DNA from: Epithemia pelagica
Lineage: Eukaryota > Protista > Bacillariophyta
Assembly: GCA_946965045.2 (NCBI GenBank)
Contig: OX337242.1
Span: 558,001 to 622,000 of the forward strand
Direction of reading: 5' to 3'
Length of the DNA: 64,000 nt
Part shown: positions 11,258 to 23,161 of the stretch, one piece after another
Numbering within the stretch: position 1 is the stretch's first letter
How the letters are laid out: each line of letters begins with the position of its first letter
The notes under the pieces: generated by a model
What the model was told of the DNA's origin: nothing
Databases searched by the model: none
Seen by the model: only the letters and a program-made list of their open reading frames with translations
Position numbers and translations under genes: made by a program

Positions 11258-12041
11258 ACTTGTATCCTATTTAGAATCACGCACACACACGTCGATCCCC
11301 GATCGTTCCCCATAAATCTCATGAATTCATCCATGACCATGACCATGACCTGATACCTGATGACTGATGAGGTGTCTACTCCTACTAGGTAGAGGCCGTT
11401 GCTTAGGCCATTGTTTCAACAGAAAGCTATGAATGCTACCTCATACCTCATTTGCCAAGAGTCGTTTTTTCGCTTGCGGACGTAGTACTCCTAGCTAGGA
11501 GTAGGAGTAAGAGTTTTATGGTAATCCTATTAACCAGTGCTGACTTCTTTTCGAATCGGTTCTGGGAGACTTTGGTCCACCTAGTCCAACGCTGTTGTTT
11601 TTTGGATTCATGGGAGTGTCCTGATTGCTCATGGAACACAACTCCTCCGGGACGGTCGGTGCGCTACTTTGCAGGCCATGTTCTCAGTCTATCTCACCTG
11701 CCAAAACAAGTGAACCAAACTCTCACAGCTCCCTTGACAAGCAAATGATCAGTTTCAATATTTTCGTACTCTAGGAAAACAAGTTTTACAATCTCTCCTA
11801 CACCCAGATTATATTCACCGATACGTGTCTGTCTCAACGTGCACGGTGCTCGCTGGGGTCCACCCATTGTTAGCATTCTCTCAGTCTACCGAGAACGCTA
11901 GGTTATCCGAACGAGATTCGACCAATCTGATACAAGAGTTGTTGGATTGGATCATCGACGTGATGCATGAAAACAACGCCAAAGATCGGTCGCCGTCGTC
12001 CCCAAAGAGTGAAGCTAGGGAATTCGAATAACAAGCTGGTT

Positions 12042-13313
12042 TCAAACAGAGACCACATGTCCTTGATCGCTTTTGATATTTGTGGTGGCTGCAGCACCAT
12101 GGAAATTTTCCACGGCATCATTTCCTTCCGAGTCATCCAAGGGTTCATCGCTAATGTCCACGTCTGAAAATTGATCACTGGATTCCTTCTTGAGGTATTC
12201 CTCCTCATCGTTCCTGGTCGTGTAAGACTCGTTATTCGGGTCGTTGCTATCGTCCACCTTGACTTCTTGACCATTCTCGTCCTTGGTGTTCGCACTTCCA
12301 CTGTATCGAGACAAGTGGTCCTTGGCAGATTGCATGGCTCGTCGCGGACCTTCAAATTCTGTGCTTAGTACACCGACACCTCCAATGGCCAAGGCATGAC
12401 CTACCGGATGCAAGGGTGTTGCCATAATGGCAGCCCCTACCGACATCATGGATCCCCCCGCAGCAGCGACGGCGGCCCGTCGGACTGACCATTTCGGTTT
12501 TCGTCGTGCCTGGATGCAAATATAATCGGCTCCCATGAATTTGGCATTCAGCAACAATGCCAAATCGTCTGGTTTTGTATCGAAACAGTCAATTCCATTC
12601 ATCCACAAGACTTCATCTCCCGTTTCCAAAACGGATTGTCCCAAATATCCTTCAATCGACTTTTCCGATACAGTGCAAAGTTCCTTGTCCGACGTGGAGC
12701 ATTCAAACTCAATACCTGTAATCATTTCACTTTCCTCTCGATCCAAAACAGGATCAGAGCCATGCAGTGTAATGGCCGTTGCTTCCACTCGTTGGGGATC
12801 TCCCGTGGGTCGAGTGGCACTCACGGTAATCATCCCTCCCCCGCGATTGTCCAAGAGCTCTTGAATATCGCGGACCGTCAAATGCCGAACCTCGCAAAGA
12901 TTCACCTCTTTTAAAATATCGCCTTCTCGAAAGAAATTGAAATGCAAAAAGCTACTCTCTGGTTGAAAGCCCACAATCACAATGTCCTGCGTTTGTTCAT
13001 CCTGGACCAGATCCAATTTCCACCAGAATTTGCAACTGCTACTGTTGGAATGCCGAACCGTCACACTCAAACTGCCTGGAATACCTGGAAATTCACGACG
13101 ATGTTCTTCTGGTAGTTCTTCATGATGACGCTGTTCATTTTGAGGAGATGTGGGAACACTCTCAAGGGAATCCACACTCGTATCCATGGTCGACGATTCG
13201 ACAACGACCGTCTCTTTCGAGGGATCATCTTTTGTTGGTTCTGGTTGTTGTTTCGGAGCATCTGTTGGTTTCTTTTCGCTCCAAATCCTCTTGAACCACC
13301 ATGACTTTGCCAT
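12042..13313 (-). CDS. Protein with two PDZ-like domains and a hydrophobic hairpin, paralog 2
   Basis: FREGDILKEVN and LETGDEVLWMNG motifs, a WKLDLxQDE motif, and a near-identical ATPLHPxGHAxAIGGVGVLSTEFEGPRR block. Confidence 0.8.
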   Translation of the reverse strand: MAKSWWFKRIWSEKKPTDAPKQQPEPTKDDPSKETVVVESSTMDTSVDSLESVPTSPQNEQRHHEELPEEHRREFPGIPGSLSVTVRHSNSSSCKFWWKLDLVQDEQTQDIVIVGFQPESSFLHFNFFREGDILKEVNLCEVRHLTVRDIQELLDNRGGGMITVSATRPTGDPQRVEATAITLHGSDPVLDREESEMITGIEFECSTSDKELCTVSEKSIEGYLGQSVLETGDEVLWMNGIDCFDTKPDDLALLLNAKFMGADYICIQARRKPKWSVRRAAVAAAGGSMMSVGAAIMATPLHPVGHALAIGGVGVLSTEFEGPRRAMQSAKDHLSRYSGSANTKDENGQEVKVDDSNDPNNESYTTRNDEEEYLKKESSDQFSDVDISDEPLDDSEGNDAVENFHGAAATTNIKSDQGHVVSV

Positions 13314-14137
13314 GTTTAACCGAACAATTCAAGGAGAGAACGCAAGAGACTTTAGTATTGGACAAAACACCAAACAGCTTGTCAAATGGCGATATGGTTT
13401 GGCCATGGAGCACTTCGCCTATCATGTCGATCCCCCCGACAAAAATCCAAAGATGTGAATATCATTATTTAATATTTTGAACTCAAAATTCAAGCCCCAA
13501 GTTATCTTGCCCTAGAGATAATCTAAGACAGAGGGGCAGTACAGAATCGAGTACCGCTCCGTATATATTACTTACAAGTCCCGGAAAATCAACAAGACCA
13601 AAACTGTCCAGGCATGCGCCGGTCACACCCTTTGGGGGAACGCCCGTCGGCAATGATTGCCCACCATTGCTCTCAAACTGGTGGAACGACTCTTGTGAAG
13701 GCATCCAAGAGAAACCAAAACGAGCCATACATCAAGCCCAATGTCATGTCCACTCAAGAATGCTTCTATGCATTTCGTGTGGTTTAGACGATTGCCGGTT
13801 GTCTTCTATTAGACAGAAGATCTCATATTATTCGTTTTGTGGTATCCATTCAACGTTCAGAAAGAATACCTTCTCGCATCGAGTCAGCAGAGCCTCACTT
13901 ACTTGGACACTACTAATATCCCCATCACATTTACAAGATGAAGGGATGGTGCCTATCGTTCGATGGTCATTGCCGTTCCAAGACTTTGAAAGCAAACGTC
14001 TTGGTCGTCATCAACAACGGTTCACCAACTCAATGGGTCCATCTCATTTTTCAAACATCCGGTCATCTTCCAAAAGATCAAAGATCCTTTTCGGTAAAAC
14101 CGAGTGATCAATTCCAATTGAATGCTGGTTAATCAGA

Positions 14138-14788
14138 ATGGGCATGACTGAGAACGACAGAAAGAACAAGCCAAATTTGCCGCGACCCTCGTTGATTCGC
14201 CGCAAATCGTCGGTCGAAGACTCGGAAATGATCCAAGCCTTGACAACGGCAATGAACGCGTTTCCCCATGAAGAACGCGTCCAATTTAGTTGTCTCAAAG
14301 TCATTCGACATATTGTGCCATCCACCATTTGTGACGAGCCGTCACTACCTGAAAAAGACATGACCAGTACGATAGGAGAACCGAAGGAGGGAAACAAACA
14401 ACAGGAGGACCAAGCTCTCAATCGAATGACAATAGAAAGCATGGTCAACATTATTCTCCGAGCCATGCAAGCCTGCTCCAAGTCCGTGGAGTTGCAAATA
14501 CTTTGTGTCACTATTCTAACGGACATGTGCGAGTTGTCCATTGTGGACGGTTCCCGAGTCTGTGATGCGATTATTGATGCCGGTGGTCTCATTCGATTGT
14601 CGGAAACAATGACATTTCATCGAAGGTTGCCAGTGGCAACCGCAGCGCGTCGTTTGCATCAAAAGCTTTCCCAATACATGCAAGTGCTGGAATCCATATC
14701 GACACTATCTCTTAATTCAACCATGACCTCCTGTGATTCTCTGGATGACTCGTTGGTGACAGGGGATGAATACAAGGAAGAATTTTGA
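14138..14788 (+). CDS. Armadillo/HEAT-like helical repeat protein
   Basis: Repeated helical units AMNAFPHEERVQFSCLKVI, AMQACSKSVELQILCVTIL and AIIDAGGLIRLSETMTFH. Confidence 0.6.
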   Translation: MGMTENDRKNKPNLPRPSLIRRKSSVEDSEMIQALTTAMNAFPHEERVQFSCLKVIRHIVPSTICDEPSLPEKDMTSTIGEPKEGNKQQEDQALNRMTIESMVNIILRAMQACSKSVELQILCVTILTDMCELSIVDGSRVCDAIIDAGGLIRLSETMTFHRRLPVATAARRLHQKLSQYMQVLESISTLSLNSTMTSCDSLDDSLVTGDEYKEEF

Positions 14789-15373
14789 ACCTACACATTG
14801 TTCCGGTTTTTCATTCATGATCTTTTGCTTCATTCAGGCTTTATTTGTGTTCATATAGAAAGCGTACGAACCGCTCAATTCATATAATTTAGATGCCAGT
14901 TCTCCACGTATATCAATCACGCCCTCATCTTTCATCAAGCCCTGCTTTGGGATTCGATACACAATGGAGTCACGATCCTTTTGGATCCTCTTCAGAACAT
15001 ACTCTTTACAATTTTCCATATCGCACCGTGCGATCTCCGGAGTCGAGGGAAGGATGTCAAAGTTAAGGCAACTCACTTATGGAAAGCGCAAACAAACTAC
15101 CCACCTTATGGAATGTTCGCCCCATGCAAAATAAATCACAAATACTCATCATCGTAAGACTCTGGTATACAAACCACAAGATCTAACGAAGGTTCCGGCT
15201 ATCCCATAAAAATGCTACTACTAATTTCTGTCTTTGTGCTCCATGAAACATTTGAAACCAGCACCATATCCCAGGGCGCCCGGCGACACAACACGTGCGG
15301 GCATTGATCCAAAGCGAGTTGTTGGGAATTGAAAGCCATCAAGTATGCAGACAAAGATGCCATGATTGGTAAT

Positions 15374-15577
15374 TTAGTTCATTTTATCCGCATTGGAATT
15401 GGGTCCTACCCGTCTTCCTCCCATACCGGTGACAACATTCACGTAGCGGCGATTGTATTGAAGGCGCTTCTTGGCGCGTCCGCGGGGCATTTTCTTCTTG
15501 TCTTCTTGGGCTTCCACCTTGGGTGTTTGTCCCTTTACTTTACCGGCACGGGCCAGAGATCCGTGCACTTTTCCCAT
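15374..15577 (-). CDS. RPS30: 40S ribosomal protein S30 (eS30), no ubiquitin-like fusion
   Basis: [21 protein letters not shown]…[17 protein letters not shown] signature. An in-frame TAA lies two codons upstream of the ATG. Confidence 0.97.
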   Translation of the reverse strand: MGKVHGSLARAGKVKGQTPKVEAQEDKKKMPRGRAKKRLQYNRRYVNVVTGMGGRRVGPNSNADKMN

Positions 15578-16379
15578 ACTTTATCTTGTTCTTATTTGAG
15601 ACTGTCGGAGCAAGACCTGTAAAGACAACAACAAAGCGGAAAAATATGAGAAACCAAAATGAATCGAATGATCTCTGCAAGAAATATGGAAAATTATCCC
15701 TGGACATCGAATCAATGAAAAATCGGACGCTTCTGCGAAATATCGAGGAACACAGTTCAAGAGGGATGGTTCCACCGATGCCTTTTACCGATAGGAAGTC
15801 AGTATGCCATTTTGCGCTGTCAAATATCTTCTCCATTTCTTTTTTTCCAGTGATGGCAGCACCATTCCACTCCCTGTTTTCGCTCTTGATCAAATAATTA
15901 ACATACCAATTGCAAAAGGAGGATTGTAATTGAAGCAAGGAACAAGAATATCGCTACACTACCCTCTTTCGAGATGAGACGCGTCGTGAGCAGCACTGTT
16001 GTAGTAACGGCGGTAAGTGGTGAAACCGTGACAAATCGCGGAAGGGTCGCTGCGAATTTCGCACCCAAACTGGCAGTCCATCTGGCGACCGCTGGCGCGC
16101 GAGTCACTACCCTATCATAGGAATTCCGCCATTTCTCTTCCTTCAGCCGGCGTGTTTGGAGGTGCACTCCTCGCGCTCACAAAATACATACCAAGAGCGC
16201 TTCTTCTGCCATCGCATCACGCAAATCACACGGGTGCTTGTGAAAACCTCATTTCACAACATAAAAAAACGACAAGAGAGAGAGAGAGGTACCCCGTACC
16301 CTTGAACAACAGCAGCATCTAGGAAAGTCGTCACTTCCAATACGCTTCGATCGCTCGAACGCTTCGATACAGAAGCATC

Positions 16380-19300
16380 ATGGCTTCGTCGTCAATGTCT
16401 TTGGTGTTTTTGGATGAGGAAGAGAATAAGAATGATGCGTCCAGGTTATCGTGGGGTGGAATTGAAACCCACAACAGTTTAATCGTTGAAGATTCGCATG
16501 AGGTGCGCAAACACTGATACAGACAGGGACTCGACACATTTCCATTTCCGCATCGTCCTTGATTCTAACATGTTCTCTTCTGTATTTTGTACAGGCATCC
16601 GGTGCTTGTTCGCAACCGACCCAAGAAATCATGACGCAAAACTTGGAATGGAGCCAATTTGGTGAGGGAGACGATGAAAACGGTGAACACAGCGCATTTT
16701 CGCCCCTCCCACCCGGACGTCTTTCTCCCTTGCACGTGAACGAACGAGAACAACCCTGGGGGCGGTTATTGCCATCCAGCAGCAACCAGGATGATATGTG
16801 TGCGAATTATTCACAGCAACGTCCCATTGAGTTATTGCCTCGCTCTCCGGAGCGACGTCCCCTGGCAAACTTGAGCGCGAGCAGCCAGGATGAGGACGCC
16901 AAACCTGCAAACCAACAGGAACCCTCAAAGACTACGCAATCCCATTCATGCGAAAAGGATGATGGCTTTTCAATATTAGGTCTGTCCAAAATACATGCCA
17001 GCGATTTGTTCAATGAGCACTTTATGGGACGATCCAAGAAAATGGACATTGCGGCGAGTGAACCGATCGGAGACTTTACCAGCTCCACAGGAACTCCGAC
17101 ACCCGATTCTGCTGCGTCCATTGATGCCAAAAAGATCAAAGCCATGCATGAGTGGGCCCACGCCATGATATCCAATAAACATTGCCGTATCTACTGTCGT
17201 TTAGATGAGACCATTGCCACAAATCCACCTTCTTCTGTGGCACTCATGCCTCCACCACAAGTTTATATCGAAGATTGTTCGGGCAATGGTACGCTCATCA
17301 ATCGGACCATTGTCCTGAGAAAGGGAGAACGCCGGATCTTGCATTCAGGAGATGAAGTTTGTTTGGCCAATCCTGCTGTACTTCAACGCAAGATTCCATC
17401 TCAAACAGTGTTGCAACAGGTGATGCAACAGCATTCCTTTGTGTTTGTCAATCTGCTTTCCATTCGAATGTCGGCCGCCGCGCAAACCGCACCGCAGTCA
17501 CAAGTCAAGACAGCTCCCTTGGGTCCATCAATCCAGGGCAATGTTGCTGCCAATCGCCAGCAACTCTTTCCTGGAATTCCGTCCGCTGCTCATGATGGTG
17601 TTGGTAAGCGTGTTAAGGCTGCTGTCAATGTTCGAGCACTGAAACACCCGTCCATGCAGCAGAAAAGCAACCATTTCATTCCAATGGCAAGACATGTCGA
17701 ACAGAAAGGATCGGATGCTCCTCAAGCACAGAATCACGATAGAAACATACAAAAAGAGCGTCGCTTTGAAGAAGATTATGACCTGCGTGACATGTTGGGA
17801 TCTGGTACGGTTGGACAAGTCTTTCGGGCGATTCATCGGAAAACGGGACAAGAGCGCGCTGTCAAACGGATTCCTTGGACAGGAGGATTGCCCAGTCGGC
17901 AGTTTATGAATCGAGGCCAGTATCAGAACGATCAACAAGATCAGCAACATCCCTGGCAAGCCGAAGCGGCAATCTTGCAGAAACTGAATCATCCCTATAT
18001 TGTTGATCTTATCGATGTTTACGTGAATACGAATGCCCTCTACATTGTGATGGAACTGCTACCCGGTGGTGACTTGTTTGATCGCATTGTCGCTCGTGAA
18101 CGGTATTCCGAAACAGCCAGTCGGCGTGTATTACGACGCATCCTGTCGGCTGTTCATTACTTACATCATGGATGCAATATTGTCCATCGCGACTTGAAAC
18201 CTGAAAATATCCTCTTGGTGGGTCCTTCGAATGACATTCACATTAAAATTACAGATTTCGGATTGGCCAAGACTTGCGAATCTGGTGGTCTCAAAACCTT
18301 TTGTGGGACACCGCAATATTTCGCGCCAGAAGTTCTGCAACGTCAACTTACAGTTGCCGGAAAAGGGTTCTATGGCAAACCGGTAAGTGTTCCTCCTCTA
18401 TTGGTCTTGCAGCAGGAGTCGTTTGCTCATCATCTCTCGTGTCTGTCTCGCTATTCAAGGCGGACATGTGGTCGGTAGGCGTCATTCTCTACGTTCTGTT
18501 AAGTGGAACGCCACCCTTCCAAGAACCACCGTCAGTCGGTGATAACAGTGGTGGTCCGCGAAATGCTGAAAATGACAATAGTTTACACTCGTTTCGCTTC
18601 TCCAATCATCGCCCTGTGGTGGACTTTCCTGAGGAATTTTGGCATGATGTGTCCGATACGGCACGTGATCTGGTACGTCGTTTGCTCATGCCGGATCCCA
18701 AACGCCGATTCACTGTCGAACAAGCCTGTCGACACAGCTGGATCTTGGTAGAGGATGGCGATACACATATAAGTCCGCTCGAAGACCCCAAACTCGCAGG
18801 AATCGTCAAACCGGCTTCGACGCCATGCGTCGAATCCGACAGGCCATCAATCGATGCACTCAAGGGACACGCACACGGCAAAAATGCGCAAATGGAGCAC
18901 GAACAAAAGGAATCGGAGACATCAGACAATGCGCGACTAAAGCAAGAATCGGGGATTGCCTCCACTGATGACCAACTTATACCTCAGTCATATTCGTCTG
19001 GTGTAAGCAGTACAGTCAATGCCTCAACGAATGAGTCCAGCATCGATTCAACAAAAGATATCCGCCGTCCGAAAACCGTTTCCGACGAAATCGATATGCA
19101 CAAATCTCGCAACTCCGAATCCATGGAAAGTGGACAAAAAGAAGCGAATGTAACGAAGGTAACTCCTGACGATGATTCTCAAACAGCTGATGCCCTGGAT
19201 CATGAAATTCATAAGAGATTGGCTTTCAAAGCCCAACCCAATGTAAAAGAACAGCAAATGGTATCGGGTGAGGAATCTGAAAGAACAGTAGCAAAAGCTG

Positions 19301-20157
19301 ATCAACCCACGGTACTTTCCGGTCCTCTTTTCATTCCTCCAATGGTGAAGCAGAACAGGAACGGTGGACAAGTCAACAGCCCAAACTCGAAGAAGTCAAC
19401 TATGGAGAAGATGCCGGTCAGTGGCGCTGGAGCATCGGAAAGCTCAGGTGGAACGCAGCAACAAAAACGAGCTCCGGTGAAAGGGAAACTGGTCAACGAT
19501 TCTCGTAAAAAAGAAAGGAGGAACAAGCCTTTTGGTTCGTCTTGTTTATCCTCGGAACGATTTAAGAAGCGTCCACAGAAAGCTGTTAGGCGATGCAAAC
19601 CGGGAACACAAACAAAAGGAGAGGAATCTGCTTCTAGTCGTCGTGTTTCCGATGCATCTTCCGAATCAAAAAGCACTGCTAACAAAATGGCCCCCCTCAC
19701 ACCCAAAAATGTCAACGGTCGACCACAAGCTTTCAGACTCCGTATGATCGAACAGGCAAAGTCTGAGACCAAAAGTAGAAAGAAACAACCAATGCTATCA
19801 TCGGACAAGACTAATCCACCGACAACAAACAATGGAGACGACGGAAATTACGAAGATGACATTGAATCTCAGTTCAGCACGGAACGTCCCGAAAGCATCC
19901 ATTCATCACCAGAAAGTGTGCCACCTCCCGCTCCTGATCGTTCTGCTTCAGGAGGGAAAGAGAACAAGCCGGCTTTCCGTCTCGGCGAAACACGGTCTAA
20001 GCGGAGAAAAATGAAAGGACAGGTGACAGAAGAAAAGAAACCAAAGAAGAGTAGGAGAAGATATTCCAATGGTACAGATGCATCAACCAACAAAGGCGGC
20101 AAAAAGCAGACAACTCTATCAGCATGGTGTCTACCAGATGAAGGTTATAATATCTGA
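16380..20157 (+). CDS. CHEK2: CHK2/Cds1-like checkpoint Ser/Thr kinase (SQ/TQ cluster, FHA, CAMK-type kinase, long disordered tail); exons 16380-16502, 16595-18382, 18460-20157
   Basis: Two in-frame phase-0 GT-AG introns (16503-16594, 18383-18459). N-terminal SQPTQE…TQ…SQ. FHA motifs GR…SNKH…EDCSGNGTLIN. Kinase motifs LGSGTVGQV, HRDLKPENIL, DFGLAK, FCGTPQYFAPE, ADMWSVGVILY. Confidence 0.85.
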
Positions 20158-20437
20158 TTTCAAAAGTTGCTCTAATTTCGGAAAAACGATCAGTACTGCA
20201 GGCTCCGATGAAAATTGCCCCCCTATGTTCTGTCAGAATTAAATTACTCATTACTTAGAGTTTGTCCTCCGTCTTCTTTGTGCTGATGGTATTTGAAAGG
20301 TCGTTATGTGGACAGCGTTGCATGGTGTGACAGCGAATGCTCTCTTCGTTCGAGCTGGATGATTTCCTGCATGCAAACTGACCAAAGTGTATTAGAGCGA
20401 CCTGAAGAAAATAAAGAACGAAACTCAGGAGGCGTAC

Positions 20438-22648
20438 TTACTTATAGCTCGATTGCCAGGACGTTCGTTCGCGTTTATCCATACGCTGTCCATCTGGCAG
20501 TATGGCAGGCTTCTTGCCGTCCAAGGGCCCCAAATGACAAGCAAACTCCTCTTCCCCGTCATCATAGGAATCCATCGCACGCATAAACTTCGACGTCAAG
20601 CTATCCAATTTTGTCTTGTCCAACGCAGATAATACAACAGAAGTTGCCAGTGTGGAGGCCATAAACACTCCAGGGTTCGGACACGTTCCTTCTTGTTCTT
20701 CTCCTGAGAGAAGATGAACAAATTCTTCGTTTGCCGCCTTCCCCATGTTTTCTTCTCCAAAAATACTCGAAGCATTCTGCATCAAAAGCTCACGAAGCAA
20801 CACCATAGTCCCAAGAATGACAGGAGTTGGTGGTACTTTAACTGTCTTGTTGTCGCTGTCGTCATCGATACGGTATGCCTGCATGGCTGGTACGATCACG
20901 TCCTTGGCGTACTGGACAAGCGCCGCGGCCACGAGTCCAACGTCACTGTGATTCTTGTTTGTGCCAGATTTGCCATTGGAGGTTGGCCACGGCCATGGGA
21001 AGAAAACAATGGACTCCGCAACCAACTCGGTTGCTTGCACAACAATATCTGCCAAATTCCCGTGTCCATTTTCATCCAAAATACTTGTAAATGGCCCTGA
21101 TGACTCCGTCTCTGCTGCGATGGCTTCATTGACAGCAGAGGACTGGCCAACACGGTTCTCTTCGGCGACTTCGTGTGTCGATGTTGTTGGAGCAGCCTTC
21201 TTGGTAGTAGACTGTTTCATCAATCTTTGCTTGTGCTGTGGTAGCAAGTATTGACCCATTTGCGAACTCTCATTCTTGCTCCCATGCACAAATTCCAAGG
21301 CAACTTTGGCTGTTTCAGCAGCGGCTCGCGAACTACGACGACGAATCTCAACTCCACCTGGTGCCCTAGTTCTGGCTGATTCCTCACGTGATCGCTTTCT
21401 GGGCATTCGTTGGGACGAGGGAGAGGCCCTGGAATCATGTGCAAGCGATTCCGTGGTCACTCGAGCAACCTTTTCGGAACGTTGATGAGTTGCATTGATG
21501 GTATTCGGGGAGCGTCTCTCCAACGAGACATCGCCGGCTTGTTGTTGGGCATGCTCTGGAAATGATGTTTCATCATTATCGACGTCTTCGACCTCATCCT
21601 TTCTCCCTTCATTTCCGTCGGCCGTTTCTCTTGCATACAAGATATGCTCTCGCAATGACGTTTCATCATTGTCTTCGGCTTCATACTTATGCCCTTCGTT
21701 GTTGTCCGTCGTTTCTCTCGAATACAAACGATGGTGGTCATTGACAACCCTATTGGCTACTGTAAAAGCTTGAGTTTCAGCAACATAATTCGAGTCTTCC
21801 GAAAAGGCTTCCGGTCTTGGTCTCTTGTTGACGAGTGGTAGCCGCCTCGATGCCATGTGGCTGCTGCCATCATGTGTTTGGTACATGCCCCTTTTGGATG
21901 AGGGCGATACCCGGACCTGAAGCGGAAGAGCGTGATGGGGGGACCTAGATTTGTGCGTCCATGTGCCACCGGGCCGGGGTGGCGTTTCCACTTTGTATGT
22001 TTTGGTACTACTTCTAGGACCATCGGCAGTGTCTTTTCCTCGTGGAACTTTGCTTGCCTCCACAGCTCCCGAAGAAGAAGGCAACTTGCGATATGACACC
22101 ATAGGCCCTCGTTGAATACTGCTGCGGGCGGTTTCAACTTTTCTCGTATTGGAGTCTAGTGTCGATTTACGAGAATCTTGTTGGTTGTCGCCATCACTAT
22201 TTTCTGCGCCTTGTTCTACAAAAATAGTATCGTCACTCGGTTGGTCTGGGTTCTCGTTTTTGTGTGCAAGCTTGCTGGATGGTGCTTCCGCGTCCTCTGT
22301 TCGATTCATTGATATCTTGGCATCATCTTGTGTTGCGGCGGATTGATCTCTGTGAAGAGACGAGCCATGCCGATCTCTCACCAATGGAAGCATGCGTTTG
22401 TTGTTGATTCCGGATGATAATTTCCCTTCCCTCGATGACGAAGGTGGTGCAGATCCCTTTCGACCGGCATGCGGAGACGGCAAGATTGGTCGGCTCATAG
22501 TAGTAGAAGCTTTGTTGTTGTCACGAGAGAGAGAGGATGACGGAGATTTGGAGTCCTCCTTGGAATCGTCGTTGACCTTTTTGTTGCTGTTTTGGTTGCC
22601 GTGTCGGTCAGGTTTGTAAGTAGCACCAAAGCGAATTATCCGAGGCAT
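20438..22648 (-). CDS. Hypothetical protein with a long disordered N-terminus and a helical C-terminal domain
   Basis: 736-aa uninterrupted ORF. A GTAAGT at the stop suggests a possible extra 3' exon. No family recognised. Confidence 0.6.
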   Translation of the reverse strand: MPRIIRFGATYKPDRHGNQNSNKKVNDDSKEDSKSPSSSLSRDNNKASTTMSRPILPSPHAGRKGSAPPSSSREGKLSSGINNKRMLPLVRDRHGSSLHRDQSAATQDDAKISMNRTEDAEAPSSKLAHKNENPDQPSDDTIFVEQGAENSDGDNQQDSRKSTLDSNTRKVETARSSIQRGPMVSYRKLPSSSGAVEASKVPRGKDTADGPRSSTKTYKVETPPRPGGTWTHKSRSPHHALPLQVRVSPSSKRGMYQTHDGSSHMASRRLPLVNKRPRPEAFSEDSNYVAETQAFTVANRVVNDHHRLYSRETTDNNEGHKYEAEDNDETSLREHILYARETADGNEGRKDEVEDVDNDETSFPEHAQQQAGDVSLERRSPNTINATHQRSEKVARVTTESLAHDSRASPSSQRMPRKRSREESARTRAPGGVEIRRRSSRAAAETAKVALEFVHGSKNESSQMGQYLLPQHKQRLMKQSTTKKAAPTTSTHEVAEENRVGQSSAVNEAIAAETESSGPFTSILDENGHGNLADIVVQATELVAESIVFFPWPWPTSNGKSGTNKNHSDVGLVAAALVQYAKDVIVPAMQAYRIDDDSDNKTVKVPPTPVILGTMVLLRELLMQNASSIFGEENMGKAANEEFVHLLSGEEQEGTCPNPGVFMASTLATSVVLSALDKTKLDSLTSKFMRAMDSYDDGEEEFACHLGPLDGKKPAILPDGQRMDKRERTSWQSSYK

Positions 22649-23161
22649 TGTTCGTTACGATTTCGTGGACACGACAAATTTGTATTTGTTCTGATCTCGG
22701 ATCTGGTTGCTGTTCACACAAAAACCTGCAACTTTCTGTGTAACTTTCTCACAGTACGATCAAACAGCTTGGTTTCTCTTTGTTTCTGGCTGATTCTCCG
22801 CCACTTTGACTTCAAATACGAATTAGGGCTTCTATCGCTTTGTTGTCCTTCTCAATCAACCAAGTCTCAACGGTGTGTTACGCAGCGACAACAAACTGTC
22901 CTGGAAGCTTGCTTGGGTCGGTGCTAGGCACCGACGCGCGGTCGTCGCGGCAGGATTAAGAGTCACGAATCCTATTGGAGTCTTGTTTACTTTCGTCTTT
23001 TTTTCTTTGCCACCATGAGCCATGAGATATAAGTTCTTCAGAAGATCTGTTCGCTACGTTTTCCCTTTGAAATGAAAGCACTGTTCTGTCTTTTACTCTT
23101 TCTTTAACTCCTCCCCGAAAGATCAGGGTCCGATGCGAAGCTCGTCACCCATTCGTTGGAC

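Noticed and set aside
11360-11430. CTGATGA as a hammerhead ribozyme core (also near 60983)
   Set aside because: No stem II closed by a proper base pair before GAAA, and no stems I/III.
14834-15330. 80-aa ORF or snoRNA downstream of RPS30 (ATGATGA box C-like on the minus strand near 15150)
   Set aside because: The ORF has no ATG start or recognisable motif. There is no suitably placed CTGA box D or convincing H/ACA boxes.
15540-16167. Ubiquitin-like (FUBI) fusion or separate genes upstream of RPS30
   Set aside because: An in-frame TAA sits just before the RPS30 ATG, and the upstream ORFs lack protein-like features. This is probably 5' UTR, intron and promoter.
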